A stretch of DNA of 38,888 nucleotides, from positions 1 through 38,888 of the forward strand of contig JAUCBJ010003784.1 of the NCBI GenBank assembly GCA_032718475.1, read 5' to 3'. A program made the position numbers and the translations under genes. Shown here one piece after another: positions 9,101 through 22,364 of this stretch; positions within the stretch are counted from its first letter, which is position 1, and each line of letters starts with the position of its first letter. The notes beneath the pieces are model-generated. The model did not search any database. It saw nothing but the letters and a program-made list of their open reading frames with translations, and had not been told where the DNA came from. The stretch comes from Nemertoderma westbladi (taxonomy: Eukaryota; Animalia; Xenacoelomorpha).

Positions 9101-10255
9101 CACAACGAGCAACAATGGCCAACAATGAGCAACAACGAGCAACAATGAGCAATTATGCGCACCAATGACCAACAATGAGCAACAACAAGCAACAACGAGC
9201 AACAATGAGCAACAACGTGCAACAATGAGCAACAACGAACAACAATGAGCAACAACGAGCAACAATGAGCAATTATGAGCAACAATGACCAACAATGAGC
9301 AACAACGAGCTACAATGAGCAACAATGAGCAACAGCGTGCAACAATGAGCAACAACGAACAACAATGAGCAACAACGAGCAACAATGAGCAACAACGACT
9401 AACAATGAGCAACAACGAACAACAATGAGGCAACATGAGCAACAACGTGCAACAATGAGCACCAACGAGCAATAATATAAAGTACAACAACGAGCTACAA
9501 TGAGCAACAATGAGCAACAATGAGCAACAACGAACAACAATGAGCAACAACGAGCAACAATGGGCAACAACGAGCAACAATGACCAACAACGAGCAACAA
9601 TGATTCACAACGAGGAACAATGAGCAACAACGAGCAATAATAAAGTACAACAACGAGCAACAATGAGAAACAACGAACAACAACGAGCAACAATGAACAA
9701 CAACGAGCTACAATGACCGACAACGAGCAACAATGAGCAACAACGAGTTCTAATAAACTACAGCAACGAGCAACAATGAGCAACAACAAACAACAATGAG
9801 CAACAACGAGCAACAATGAGCAACAACGAGCGATAATAAAGTACAACAACGAGTAACAATGAGCAACAATGAGCAACAACAAGCAACAATGACCAACAAC
9901 GAGCAACAATGAGCAACAACGAGCATCAATGAGCAATAATGAGCAACAACGAGCAACAATGAGCAACACCGAGCAACAACGAGCAACAACGAGCAACAAT
10001 GAGCAACAACGAGCGATAATAAAGTACAACAACGAGCAACAATAAGCAACAACGAGCAATAATAAAGTACAACAACGGGCAACAATGAGCAACAAAGAAC
10101 AACAACGAGCAACAACGAGCAACAATGACCAACAACGAGCAACAATGAGTAACAACGAGTACTAATAAAGTACAACAACGAGCAACAATGAGCCACAATG
10201 AGCAACAACGAACAACAACGAGCAACAATGACCAACAACGAGCAACAATGAGCCA
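9101..10255. repeat. 10-bp minisatellite (AACAATGAGC/AACAACGAGC)n with occasional AATAAAGTAC variants
   Basis: Direct inspection; over 100 degenerate units. Confidence 0.95.
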
Positions 10256-10969
10256 CACTGCTTGCCGCTGCTGGAAGTAATTGATGCCATTTCATCCCCA
10301 TCCTCCATTATAAGGGACAGGTAGTTTTCGATTATATAAAATGGCTAATAGATGGGAAATATATGGGGGGGGGGGGGGGGGGGGTAGCCCCCCCCCCCCC
10401 CCCCCCATAGAAAACATATATATAACAAGCATAACAAGCATAGAAAACGATATTACCGATGTCAGTTTTAATATTTGGTGGAATGTAGTCTGTCCGTCTG
10501 TCGGTTGTCTGTCTGTCTATCTTACATTTTGACAGGCAGATTGGCAGACAGGTTACTACTAGGTTAAATTATTAGTTGTAGGCTTACTGTAGGCTATAAG
10601 AAATGAATATTTAATTTTGCGACGATTTTATTCAATAATGTCGGGAATTTAATTGGCTAATTTAACGTAAAGTAACGTGGCTAATTTTATATAAAAGTTG
10701 GTACCCTGTGTTATTTTTTGTGCTCTTCATATTTTCGACTGTGTTCGATTGTATTTGTCAGTTTTTGGAATGTGTTGGGGTGTGTTCGACTGTGTTCGGT
10801 CGTGTTGCTATTTAAAGCACCTTCCGATTGGTTTTGAATCAACAAATAAGCAAAATTTTAAACTGATAGGGACTGAATTGGATCCCAAATTGTTACTATG
10901 AGGAGATGGGGGGGGGGGGGGACCTACATATTTTACATATTATAACCCTCCCTCACTCTGACCACTTAA

Positions 10970-13927
10970 GGGGGGAGGACACCCCAAATATTTTTTTTTA
11001 TCAAAAATAACATTATTGCGTTTTTTTGTACAGAAATTAACGGCGATTTCAAATTTGAAATCGGTATTTTAATATCTCTTCTAGTTTTTGAATTACAGAA
11101 GTTCAAAAATGTGCTGTCAGTTACGAAAATTATCAAAAAATCGACATTTTTTCCGTTTTGGACAAATAAATTCAATGCTGCACTCAAAGAAATACAGTAT
11201 TGCGATCTCCAATCAATTTAACATTTTGGAGGGAAATTTGAAATTAATATGTATAGGTTTACAGTGTATATTTATAGTAGGCCTAGTTAAACCCGTTTGA
11301 TTAACTCGTACTGCTGTAATTCATGTAAACGGTTACCTACACGGTAAACTGTAATGTAACCTATCCACTTCTACCTTTATTCGTATATATTTTTGCAATA
11401 TAAATAGCGTAATATTGTCAACAAGAATGCCAAAACTGGGTGGGCGGAAGGGGACTTTTGCAGGGACTAGAAAACAGGAAATCGTTGTTAATCTACCAGT
11501 TGAGGAGTCAGATCTGATTCCCAAAGCGAATCAGAGTTCCCACACGACTGATCGTCTTGGAGTGATTGGGGATGCATTTACGGGTCCTCTGATTGGAAGT
11601 GAAGGATTCCAGTTTGTCGAATATTCAACCATGAAGGATTGTATGTCCGACATTCATCGACATCACTGCGGCGGTGTTCTGAAGTTTACTCCAAATCTCC
11701 AAAACGGATATTATTTCAATATATTTCTTGAATGTGAGACATGTGAATATATTTACAAATTCGAAAATGTAGTCAATGATATAAGCAATCATCCTAATGA
11801 GTCAAAGCGCCGTATAAACACTCGTACTATATTAGCGTTTCTTATGATTGGGGGAACACATGACACTGCTCGAAGATTTTCGGAGGCGATGGAAATGCCA
11901 AATCCTGTCAATCATAGTCGCTGGAGAGTTACTCTTAGGCGAATTACTGATGCTGTTAGAAACCTGGCGATTGGTAATTGTTACAATGAAGCTCAGAAGC
12001 TGCGTAATAAGCATGGGGCAGATACAGGTAACCCTATCTCTGGTAATAGTGAGTCAATATATAATGTATCTGTTACTTTTGATGCCACTTGGCAGAAACG
12101 TGGGCATATGTCCCTTTACTGTGTGGCCTATGTGATGTCTGCTGATACCGGCGCAGTTCTAGATATTTTTGTTGTCAGCAAATCATGTTATATTTGCCGC
12201 CATTATTCTAAACTTTGTACTATACACGTACCGCAACATAATTGTGACATAAATTTCCGTGGCAGTAGCAATGCCATGGAAACTTTTGCTGCGAAGCAAC
12301 TTTGGGCAAGATCCATTGAAAGGAACAGGTTGCGATATACAGAGCTGCTAAGCGATGGAGACAGTTCTGTTTTCAAAGAGCTCCGAGAGAACCCTCCATA
12401 TGGCATCGAGCACCCAGTAAAGAAATATGAGTGTATTAACCATATCGCTAAACGAGTAACCAATGGCCTTGAATCAGTCCGTAAAGAAAAAAAGGATCGG
12501 TGGTGTCAATGGGCTCTCTCAGCCACGGATCAGACAACTAGCCAGTTATTACCGGAACACTGTTGTTCACCATGTCTCTTCTGTAGACTACCGAACAATA
12601 GACCCAGACGAACTGGAGAACCTCATTGACACCATAATACGCGAGGTGAAAGCTACTGTATTTCATTACACGAATTACCCAGAATCTCAGCGGGAAAGAA
12701 AACATGAGGATTGTCCAATGCGGTGGTGCAAAGCGATCCAGAAAGACCCAACCTACAAGGACAAATCCTTCATCAAGCCGGAGTGGCATGCCCACATTAT
12801 GCCCGTATACAATAGACTTACAGATCGGAATCTATTGAAGCGTTGCCTTCCTGGTCTCACACAGAACCAAAACGAATCTATTCATGGTCGACTTTGGAAC
12901 AAATGTGGGAAGGATAAGTTCCAGGGAAGAACAACATTGGAATTCCATGCATATTATACTGCACTTGTGCACAACAGGGGTTCATCTGCAGCTCAGATAC
13001 TGTATATGAAGTTGGGCCTGGGGCCTGGGGTGAAGATGGCGACAGGGTGCAAGGTGAGAGACCGCAAGAGAACTTCACGAAGCCTCCTCAAACGCAAATC
13101 AAAGAAATTCCGCCCGGAAAACAACGATTCCGCTTACAAACCTGGAGGGTTTTAGAAATTTATTTCAGTTTGTTACTACGAAGTCCCCATAAATCTATAT
13201 ATTTGCTTTATAACAGACTGTTGAAACTTGTTCAGTTAGATTCGTCATGTCCTAATTAATAGTAAATAATATAACACATGAAATATACACCAGAATAATT
13301 TTTTTGTAACTTATACAGTATATAATATACTGTAGGCCCTATTTAAGTATGTTTCACTTTCAAATGCATTTTTCTCAAAATGAAATAATTTTGCACATTT
13401 TGTCTATCTACTTTTGAACTGCTCAGCCGATTTTGATTCTGTTTTCACTATATTGTAGCCCTTGCATAACTGTAAAATCTGAACAGACAAAATTTTGTAA
13501 AAACATATAGAAAATTTTTTTTTCGATTTTTTGTGTCAAAATTTTGAAATATATTGAAAATATCTGGTAATTATTACTAATGATGACATAAATTGATAAC
13601 CACTAACAATATCAAAATTTTGTCTGCTCAGATTATTGTCCACCCGATATTGATCAAAATAAAAAAAAAATTTTTTGAAAATATTGAAAAACAAAAAAGT
13701 AGATGCATTTATAAAAATTCGCATTATTTTGGGTGAAAAAAAGTGCAAAAATGGAAAAAAATATGAAAAAAATATTTTTTTTCGTTTCAAAATTTTTTTC
13801 CGAGATTTATACACCTTTTGGCAACAATATGGTGAAAAAAGTAAATTAATCGGACATATGGTTCTAAAATGACAGCTTATATACTCTAGAATGGCAAATA
13901 TTTATTAGTCTGGGGTGTCCTCCCCCC
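10970..13927 (+). mobile_element. Full-length Kolobok-type DNA transposon (2958 bp)
   Basis: Perfect 17-bp TIRs GGGGGGAGGACACCCCA (10970-10986) and its reverse complement (13911-13927). TTAA on both sides (10966-10969, 13928-13931). Purine-purine termini and an internal DDE transposase. Confidence 0.88.
11427..13155 (+). pseudogene. Kolobok/'Mutator-like' DDE transposase (~575 aa) with a single +1 frameshift in the A7 run at 12487-12493
   Basis: VTFDATWQKRGH (D), SKSCYIC, HNCDINFRGSSNAME, RYTELLSDGDS (D), KYECINHIAKR. After removing one A: RKEKRIGGVNGLS..LASYYR...CLPGLTQNQNESIH (E). Confidence 0.85.
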
Positions 13928-14413
13928 TTAACCAGTTTTACACCAGAATGCCTTTTTTCATTTGTTTTTAAGAAGAGCCTTTATACTGTAGATATGAGCG
14001 TGGGCTGGGAGCCATTCTGCGTCTGATGGAGCTAAAAGTCCCAACAGTGGGATTTCATGGTACATTCAGTGGTGCAGTGTAGTGAATAAAGACATGGTTG
14101 TGATTGGAGCTCAGAACATTCTGTGTAGATGTGAGATTGGAAGTTTAGACCCTGACATTTCTAAATACTGTAGCACACCCAATTGGTCGTTTATCCCACT
14201 CAGTGAAGGAAATCCGCTTGGTTAATTCCTGTGAGCAGCCAGCTGATATTATAACGTATTTTTTGTATGAATTTTTATGTATTTATATATGTAGTTAGTG
14301 AAAAACAAAGAGGTAACGCAACGTTAAAGCACAGCGAAAACAATCCTATCTGATAATACGAGACACATAAGCAATTATACATCTTATACAACTGTATTTT
14401 TACACAATTTTTT

Positions 14414-14450
14414 ACTAGGACCCTGCATCACCCGGCGGAGACTACGCCTG
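14414..14450 (-). mobile_element. Possible Helitron 3' terminus (hairpin plus CTAG|T)
   Basis: The minus strand reads GGCGTAGTCTCCGCC (hairpin), a short spacer, then CTAGT. The 5' end was not located. Confidence 0.3.
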
Positions 14451-15854
14451 AAGTTTATTGGTGGAGTTTACTGAAGTTTATCAATCATCCTGTACACAAA
14501 ATTGCACTGGGACAGCCTGTTGGTGAGAATAGAGGGAATGGAGATAAACTGGGAAAGTGTATGGCTGTCCGTGAGAACTGGGGGCGCTATTTTGCTGGGT
14601 CTGCCGGAACTATGTGTGGATGTCCGTGATATATGTTGCTGGGTCCGAAGGCACTGCACCTTAGTGCAAGCGAATGATCACTTCATAATCACCACATTGT
14701 CTGTCAGGAAGTTGCCATAGAACTGGCCATTCCCCCGGGGATTAGTAGTGGCCGGTTGGCGTTGACGGACCGAATTGCAAGGTGGTGCTGGGTTTTATCA
14801 TCATGCGATGTCACCACAATTGCGTAGAGCACCTAATTCCTAATATATGTCGCGATGTACTACCCAAGGATTGTGTCTCCACAGGAAAGACTGCTATACA
14901 GTAGAACAATAGTCACCACTGTGAAACACGGAAAATTCAAAACAGAGCAGGTCTGTAAATCTAGCCTTAGTTTATGTAGTCTTTTTTTTCACGTTTTTTT
15001 CAATATCATTCCAAAACCATTTGATGCCATCAAACGGTTCATCCGTTATAAACAAATCCGGTATAAAGGACATTAATAAAACTTACAATATAAATATTTT
15101 TAAATTGATTAATCAAATATTATTATGATATAATATTAAATTATATTGCACTTTAAAAATAATTTAACGAATCAGTTCACTGTTTATACATATTATTATA
15201 GGAATTTATAATGTCTATAATTTATAAGAAGAAAATAGAGAGACGGCGTGTGATCTTCTAGCCACAGTAAATTATTAAAACAGACTGATAAATGTGCACT
15301 ACGTTATTGTAATTAATTGTATTTTATTAAATTTCCCAGTACTGTTGGCCAACACCATCTTTAGATGATTTAACAGCTCAATACCAATTTATGCATTTAA
15401 TTCCAAAATGTCAACATTACTTAATGCCATTGCGCTATTATTATTCGCGAGTTGTTATTAATGTAACCTATTAAAAATCTAAGAGCCAATATATATAATA
15501 TCAAGTTAAAGCTAAATATGCTATCGTGAAGTATTACAGACTAGCTGCAAACTCTGCGTGAGTGCTTTACAATGAAAATGAACTTGAAGTTCCTAAAGTT
15601 GAAATTTTTCTACTGTACAGTACAGTCAGTTGATGTAGGGCTATATCAGTTAATAAACCAGTAATTATAAAAAATACTAGAAAAACAACTCTATAATTGA
15701 ATATTTAAATTATATTAGGCCCAACCTTTTCCACTTTGAAGGTCTATTAATTCCTATTATAATTAAATTTGAGAAATTCAGCAAAAACTTTTCCCCTTAT
15801 TTTTAACTTTTTCCATCAGCATTATGTTAAATAACTAGTTAAATAAATACTTGT

Positions 15855-16490
15855 AATAACTATTTACATACTTGTGTGTAAAGTAGCACTTTACAGTGTG
15901 GATGATCCGAGTGGCTTTGTTACACGAACGAACGTTAGTGAGAGAGTGAAAATAAAGCCACGGGGATCAGAACACTGTAAAGTACTTTGCAACAAGTATG
16001 TATGTAGTTTTATTCCAAAATGTTAACATTACTAAATGATTGTACATATACATTATAAGTGATAGAAACTGCACAAATTATATTAGTTGCTGTATAAATA
16101 AATGTAAAAATGACATGAATTATGTTATAAATAAGTTAGCTTATATTTATGGTGGCTTTTGGAGCAATGTTATAATAATATAGCTAGGCCCTACTGGTTA
16201 TTAATAGCTATACCCCGCCTATCGGTAAGTAATGCAGTAGGCCTATCTGGCCGTCAGGCAAATTTCCACCTATTGTTTACGTGGTATCCATTGACGGCGT
16301 TAAGTAATGTCCCCTTAGTGGACATTACTTAACGCCATCATGGGTTACCACGTAAACAATAACACCAAATACAATACTAAATGTACAGGCCAATATAATT
16401 CTGTAATGTCCTCTAAAGTTGTAAAGTGCTAAATAACAACTCGCTGTTAATACTAACGGCGTTGAGTAATGTTACAATTTTGGAATAAAA
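15855..16490. mobile_element. Hairpin-rich non-autonomous element, Crypton/Eulor-like architecture
   Basis: Long imperfect hairpin at 15855-16014, 25-bp inverted repeat at 16008-16032 / 16466-16490 (TTTTATTCCAAAAT...), and a second hairpin at 16271-16361. Confidence 0.5.
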
Positions 16491-17129
16491 TACATTAGTG
16501 TTCTGATCTTCTTGATTTACACATATGAAGGGGACTATGTAATTAGATATATTAAAAAACATATCAAACAGTATCTTATTTCTTCCCAAATTCTTAAATT
16601 TGTTCTTAAATTCGTGCTACAATATAATCATGGCCTACTAAAAACAGGCCATACCATGGTGCGTACTGCTCGTTGACTTGGCGGCCGACCTGTAATAAGT
16701 TCTTATTACTATTTGTATAGAAAATGTTCCAGAAAATGCTAGCTATTCATTTTTAAAAAAATATGTTCTAGAACTAGATCAATTTTTTTATAAAAATGAA
16801 TCGCTAACATTAAAATTAGTTAAGCTGAGAACAAAATGTGCAAAATAGAAGAATACATCAAATTACATAAATTAATTTAATAAATGAAGCTATAAATATT
16901 AGATATATGAACATAATAAAATGATAGGCCTACCAGTAAAAATTTCAAATATGATTATGTTGTGTACATAACACGTTGAGGGGACTTTGTACAAAATAAG
17001 TAGTTTATACATTTTAGCTTGAGCCTCAGCGAGCAATTTTTGAAGTAGTAGTAAAATAAGTAAAATTGGATGTAATATTCTCAAAGCTTTCTACCCCTTA
17101 TCTCTGAGACACACACACGACATCCCATC

Positions 17130-17360
17130 AAATATGATGTTTCGCGTTTAAAACTGAGCCAGACGGGTAGACCAGTACAACAGACAGTCAGACCGACAGG
17201 CAGACACAAAAGCATGCAGACAGACAGAGATACATTCAGACAGATAGACATTATATATATAGACAAACAGATAAACAAACAGAGATAGTCAGGCAGACAC
17301 ATAGACCGACACTCACTCAGACAGTCAGTCATGCAGACAGACGGACAGATGGACAATGGC
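17130..17360. repeat. Degenerate (GACA)n microsatellite-rich tract, likely a transposon remnant
   Basis: Runs of cagacagac/ggacagac. Confidence 0.6.
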
Positions 17361-17938
17361 AATGTGGCCAGTGCTAAATAGTAGACCTATGCTAAGTGAC
17401 TTCGTGACTCGCCGTACATTAAATAAAAAATAAACTTTAAATTTAAATAGTTTACTCAGTGGTGAATTCGGGGTAGGTGATCACAACGATATCAATATCA
17501 GAAATAACAATTAAAACATTATAAAAAATATAGAAATGTATACAATCCGGAAAATAATAGAAGAATAGAACTTGCAACTTGATAAGCACTTATTGTTTCA
17601 ATCCACGTTACGTTAATTACCTGTTGATGGAGTTGTTTTATAATGTTAATTCATAAGTTGTGAGTTCGATCCAATTTCATTTCCCTCAGTATTGGACACA
17701 TTTGTTAAATACGTCTATTTTTTCATGTTATTTTTAAAAGCAATGGTCTGTGTTGACAGTACCCGAGGTATCATCAACATTCTAATTCATCTCCCATTAT
17801 GTCAGGAAATTTAAACACATGAAATACATCATAAAAATACATCGACAATAATGATAACATTGTGTGATGATAATACTTTAGTTGTAGTGAACCAGGTAGA
17901 TTGACATCTGGTCGCTGTATTCAGACTCAGTGCGCCGG

Positions 17939-19874
17939 TTATGAGGCATCGGCTACACTGAACCAGGTTGACATCTTCTCACTGTATTCAGACTCAGTCC
18001 GCTTCTCTTTCCAGAAATGCTTGCCGTTTTTAAATACCTTCACATCATCACTTTCTCGAAGGATAATGGACTTTGTTTCGTCTTCACCGCTATCATCATC
18101 AGCATCTTCCGGCAGAGTCTGAATTAAGGAATCCTGATTACCCGGTGTCCATGGTGTGTTACTTCTAACGGATGTTTGTTCAGAATTAATATCTTGAGAG
18201 ACATTGTGTCCAGGTTCTTTAGCTACTGGGGGTTCATTAGGCCTATAAGTTTCGACCAGTGAGTTGGAATGTTTATCACTGTTTTTGTCTTTTTTTGAGT
18301 TATTTTCGTTGTTGGAATTCTCAGCGGCGATGTTACTTAGCTTTTCTTCCAGTGGCTTCGGTTCCTGAACAGAAACAGTCGAGCTATGTACACCATTATC
18401 AAGAACATGGTCGTCTAGCGATTGGGAACGTTGATGCTTATTAATGAAAGCTAGCTTATTTGGGTTTTGGTTATTAGGAATGTAGCCATTTGCGTGTGTT
18501 TCGCTCTTGTTTTTATCAACCAACGTGATTCTTCCACTACTACCTCTCTTAGGGTCACGTGGAATTCTAATAGAAGAATCACTTACCACTCTCTTTAACT
18601 TTATCATTCTAATTGGTTTATCATCTTCATGTGTTTCATTGGTCAACTCCTTATTGCTAGGAGTATCACTTTTATTGATATAGATAGAAACGTCACTTCC
18701 ACTTGAGATTCCACCCGCATCCGGTTGCTCTTTTGTTGTTTGTGTCTCCATTTTACTTTCATTTGTGGAGACTATTTCGCCATTCTGTGGTTGCATAGTC
18801 ATTTCGTGTGCTTCCGTTGGAATAAATGGAACAGATGATTTATCATTCGTAGTTTCATTGCTGTTCTGCTGATTTTCAGCTCTCTGATTTTCAGCTTTGT
18901 CTGTAACTTTATCTCTTCTATCAGAGGATATCCTCACATGCGGACTAATTGGTAATTGCTTTTCAGAAGCATCAGATATTCTTCTCACATTATCTTTATC
19001 AATATTCTTGGTAAGTTTAATGCTTCTGACAAGCTGGGGATCACTGGATGGGGATTCCCCATTCTCATTCATCTCATTAATGTTTGCTGGTAAAGATTTC
19101 TTGATTGGCGTTTGCATTTTTGTATTGTTTGGATTATTTGAAAAGGATGGATTGTTATCAATGTTTCTTTCGTAAGTGTCTGGACTTTCCCTGTGAATTA
19201 GAGCGTTTCCTTGGCGGGTCTGTTGCTTTTTCAAGATTTTTAATGGATGTTTTCCAAAGGTCGGCGGTTTCTCATTAACTATAATATTATTTTTGTCTAT
19301 GAGATTGTTCATACAGGTATCATTTTCAGATATATCTTTGACTGGTTGGGCACCTGTTTGTTGCTTTGGTATCTTGGGGACATGATTTAAATTAGGCAAT
19401 TGGTTAGGCTTCTTCTGATATTTGCGTCTGCTTAAGCCATCTGATTCGATCTTCTCTTTGTCAGGCCTAGATGGAACATTTTTTTGTGCAGGTTGGTAAT
19501 GATGTATTTGGGATTTTTGTTGTGAATTTGGGGGACTTTTCAAAGGTTGACGCGTCTTTTGGATCTTCGGTAATTTAAGAGGCGTTTGATTGCGTGCCGG
19601 AGACGGACGCCTGTTATTATATTTGTTCACCTTGTTTTGTAGTTGCGAAGACATCGGTAGGTACTTCGGGGGCTTCCACATAGTTCCGGTAGGAAACCTG
19701 GTAAAATACCAGCTCTGGTCCATCTTCGCCAATGCCGCCATGCTACGAAGATTCCTCGCCCAATCGCTGTCCCATCTCTTCAAACTATATGAACCCTTAA
19801 TTGTTTCTAGCTTTGAGACATGAATTCGTTGTTTTGCAGCCTTCTGTCGTTGTTCTTCCAGAACCCTCCAGTCA
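17939..19874 (-). CDS. Host gene last coding exon: end of the CFAP97/Hemingway (KIAA1430) domain plus a long low-complexity N/S/K/Q/E-rich tail
   Basis: Acceptor tattttgcag|T, phase 2. Reads SDWRVLEEQRQKAAKQRIHVSKLETIKGSYSLKRWDSDW... and is open to TAA at 17941-17939. Confidence 0.8.
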
Positions 19875-20150
19875 CTGCAAAATATATGGAGATACATACT
19901 CGACAAATTTGCACAACCATACAAAAAAGTGGCAACATCGCACAAAATGTAACACAATCGCACGGAATGTATTACACACCAAGCAAGATATACCATGAAA
20001 CAAAGACACCCACATAAAAATTGACACCACCCAGAGAAAGTGACAGTTACATCACCAAACTGTTGCTGCTCGAAGTGACTGATACAATTTGGTTATGTTC
20101 ACTGGACCCTCATCCCTCATCATTATTTTAATTGCGTTGGTTGAACTTAC

Positions 20151-20290
20151 GAATTGGCGTATCTGGGTTGATAGCTATCTCTGTTATCGTTGTTGTTAAC
20201 TTCGCCTGGAATATTCTTGGAGATGCGCTCGATTTTATGCAATATATTCGCGTTCGCTCTGTCAATAGCGGCATGTCTTTCTTCCTCCAT
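20151..20290 (-). CDS. Host gene coding exon 3 (CFAP97/Hemingway domain core)
   Basis: Acceptor ctgttttcag|ATG, donor TC|gtaagt. MEEERHAAIDRANANILHKIERI resembles the family motif EER...I.R.N..LL.KI..I. 140 nt, phase 0 to 2. Confidence 0.85.
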
Positions 20291-22364
20291 CTGAAAACAG
20301 AGAAACTCTTGGGGTAGAAAGTGAAGAAACAAAAGCGCAATTAACTATTAAAAAAAACGAGATCTTTTCATTGAAAGTTGAGCAAATAAATATATATTTT
20401 GGTTTTGTTTAAGTTGATATTTATGTTCAATACCAGTATAGAGCCGCATGAATGAATCTATTTCTATCAAAAAATGTTCACATTAATAACGATGGAGCCA
20501 TACAACAGTAGTTAGTTGTTCCTTCTTGGGTTTGTATCACCATTGACATATGTAATAAGATACCTATGATATGTGTTTATAGACACCGTATCTAACAACA
20601 AATTATATTTTCTTTGTTGAACTCCCTTCATAATTTGCAAAGGCACTACCGCTATACAGGTACAGTCATATCAAGAACTCCACATGTGGTAAATGTTACG
20701 TGAAACAACAATTAGGTTAAAATAGGCCTCGTAGCCTTTGGGGTTCCGAAATATTAGACTCAGCAGGTGGCATGCGCAATAAATCGTAGCCTACATCACC
20801 CCTTTGTAAGATATGTGAAGGTGCAAATATAACCACCTTGTTGTTGAAGAAGTAATGTTGCTTCATAAATAAGCATGCCGGTTTATTTGACAAGGCCGTG
20901 CTATTCTGTTACATTGTCAATGATCCTGATATCCCTCACAGCGAAATTTAATTATTCTTTATTCGCAACAATTCGAAAATAATTCACACCACTAATTTTA
21001 ACACAAGCAATAATACTAATACATATCACTCACTCACTATACTAGAGGAAAACTTAATTTTAATCTATAAAACACCAATTGGATTTATGCTGCATTAATT
21101 TAGACGAATGTTAGCTATTAACCTATAAACAAGCACCTGAAATCATAAATGAACGAACAAGCTTAAGCAAAAAGTCGAATTTTTGAAACATATCCTATCT
21201 GATGCAGAATTTCATGGTGAATCCAAATATGGAAACCGTTTTCCTATATCTTGCTTACTTTTCGAGATATCTGGGATAGAAGAGACTGGCTCCGATATAT
21301 CGCGATATCGGTAAGGCGATAAAGTTTGGGGTTTGCATTCAATTTCTGCAAATTTCTGTGCTCAGTGGTGCTAATTGGATGTCCCCACGAGAAAGAGAAC
21401 AAAATTTTAATTGAGAAGGTATTTTTTATGATTATTGGACCTGCTGATCAGTTTATAAGACAACTTCATGTCTACGTAATGAAGACGGGACTCGAATAAG
21501 CGACTCTGCGGTCTTTGCGGGATTACACGGAATAGACTTATCGGTCATCGGAGATCTTCAAAATGTATAATCTCCTGTTCTAGTGGTCGTACGGAGTTCG
21601 TTTTGGGCTCATTCGAAAGCTCTTTTCTCAGAGACCAAAGTTACCATTTGGTCGGTCCCTGCACCACTCTACACTAACCCCTTGCCACACATTCTCCTTA
21701 TACTGCAATTAACTCAGATGCCAATTATAATTTTTTTAACAACGCCCTTAAAGTAGAATATAACTGCCCCATGAACTAATATTACACTGTTAGAAACTGT
21801 ACAGCCGCTCCCGATGATTTTAACTGTATTTAAACACTGAATATCGCAAAATGAAAGTTATTGATGCCGTCCGTATTAGTGTTGGTACTGTCGGACACAA
21901 ATAAATCTCGAAGTGTGAACGTCTCCGCTCTTAAACATCATGCGCAGGACAGTATCCTTACAGTTTTTCTACATTTCACTGCATGACATTTTCGATGCGC
22001 CAGACTTACAATGTATGTTAGTCCTTATAGGTATCATCTCTCAGTGAAATCATCAGAGAAAAATGAAAAATATTATGAAATAAAAGGAAGAGGCGAGATA
22101 TTTAATTAATTAATTAATTGGTTTATTGGTCACACAATGACGAACTTCTTCATGATATCGAATGGTACCAAAATGTTTTTCTGCAATCCCGAATAACTTT
22201 GTGAGACCATACCGTTATTAGAAAGAAATTGGTTCTAATATCAATTGCTGTGAATTTTGAATGTAAAATCAATAAATTCTCGTAGGATTTCAAGTACTGT
22301 AGAATAACATTTTTAAATATTTTAAACTCACTTTTCCTCATAAATCGTTCACACCTCTAGGATG

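Noticed and set aside
9044-10301. Cys/Leu/Val-rich minus-strand ORFs (LLVVAHCCS...)
   Set aside because: Translations of a 10-bp minisatellite that are open in several frames; no evidence of coding.
13536-13872. Short K/F-rich ORFs as a second Kolobok gene
   Set aside because: AT-rich low-complexity subterminal sequence with no protein-like motif.
19875-19996. Hydrophobic N-terminus of the 685-aa ORF as a signal or TM segment
   Set aside because: It lies upstream of a good acceptor at 19874, and the spliced model joins the conserved domain in phase, so this part is most likely intron.
20640-20930. Possible Penelope GIY-YIG remnant
   Set aside because: Only a vague resemblance, with no continuous frame or clear motif.
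21110-22360. Possible Tc1/mariner-type MITE
   Set aside because: The sequence looks repeat-like, but matching TIRs and a TSD could not be identified.
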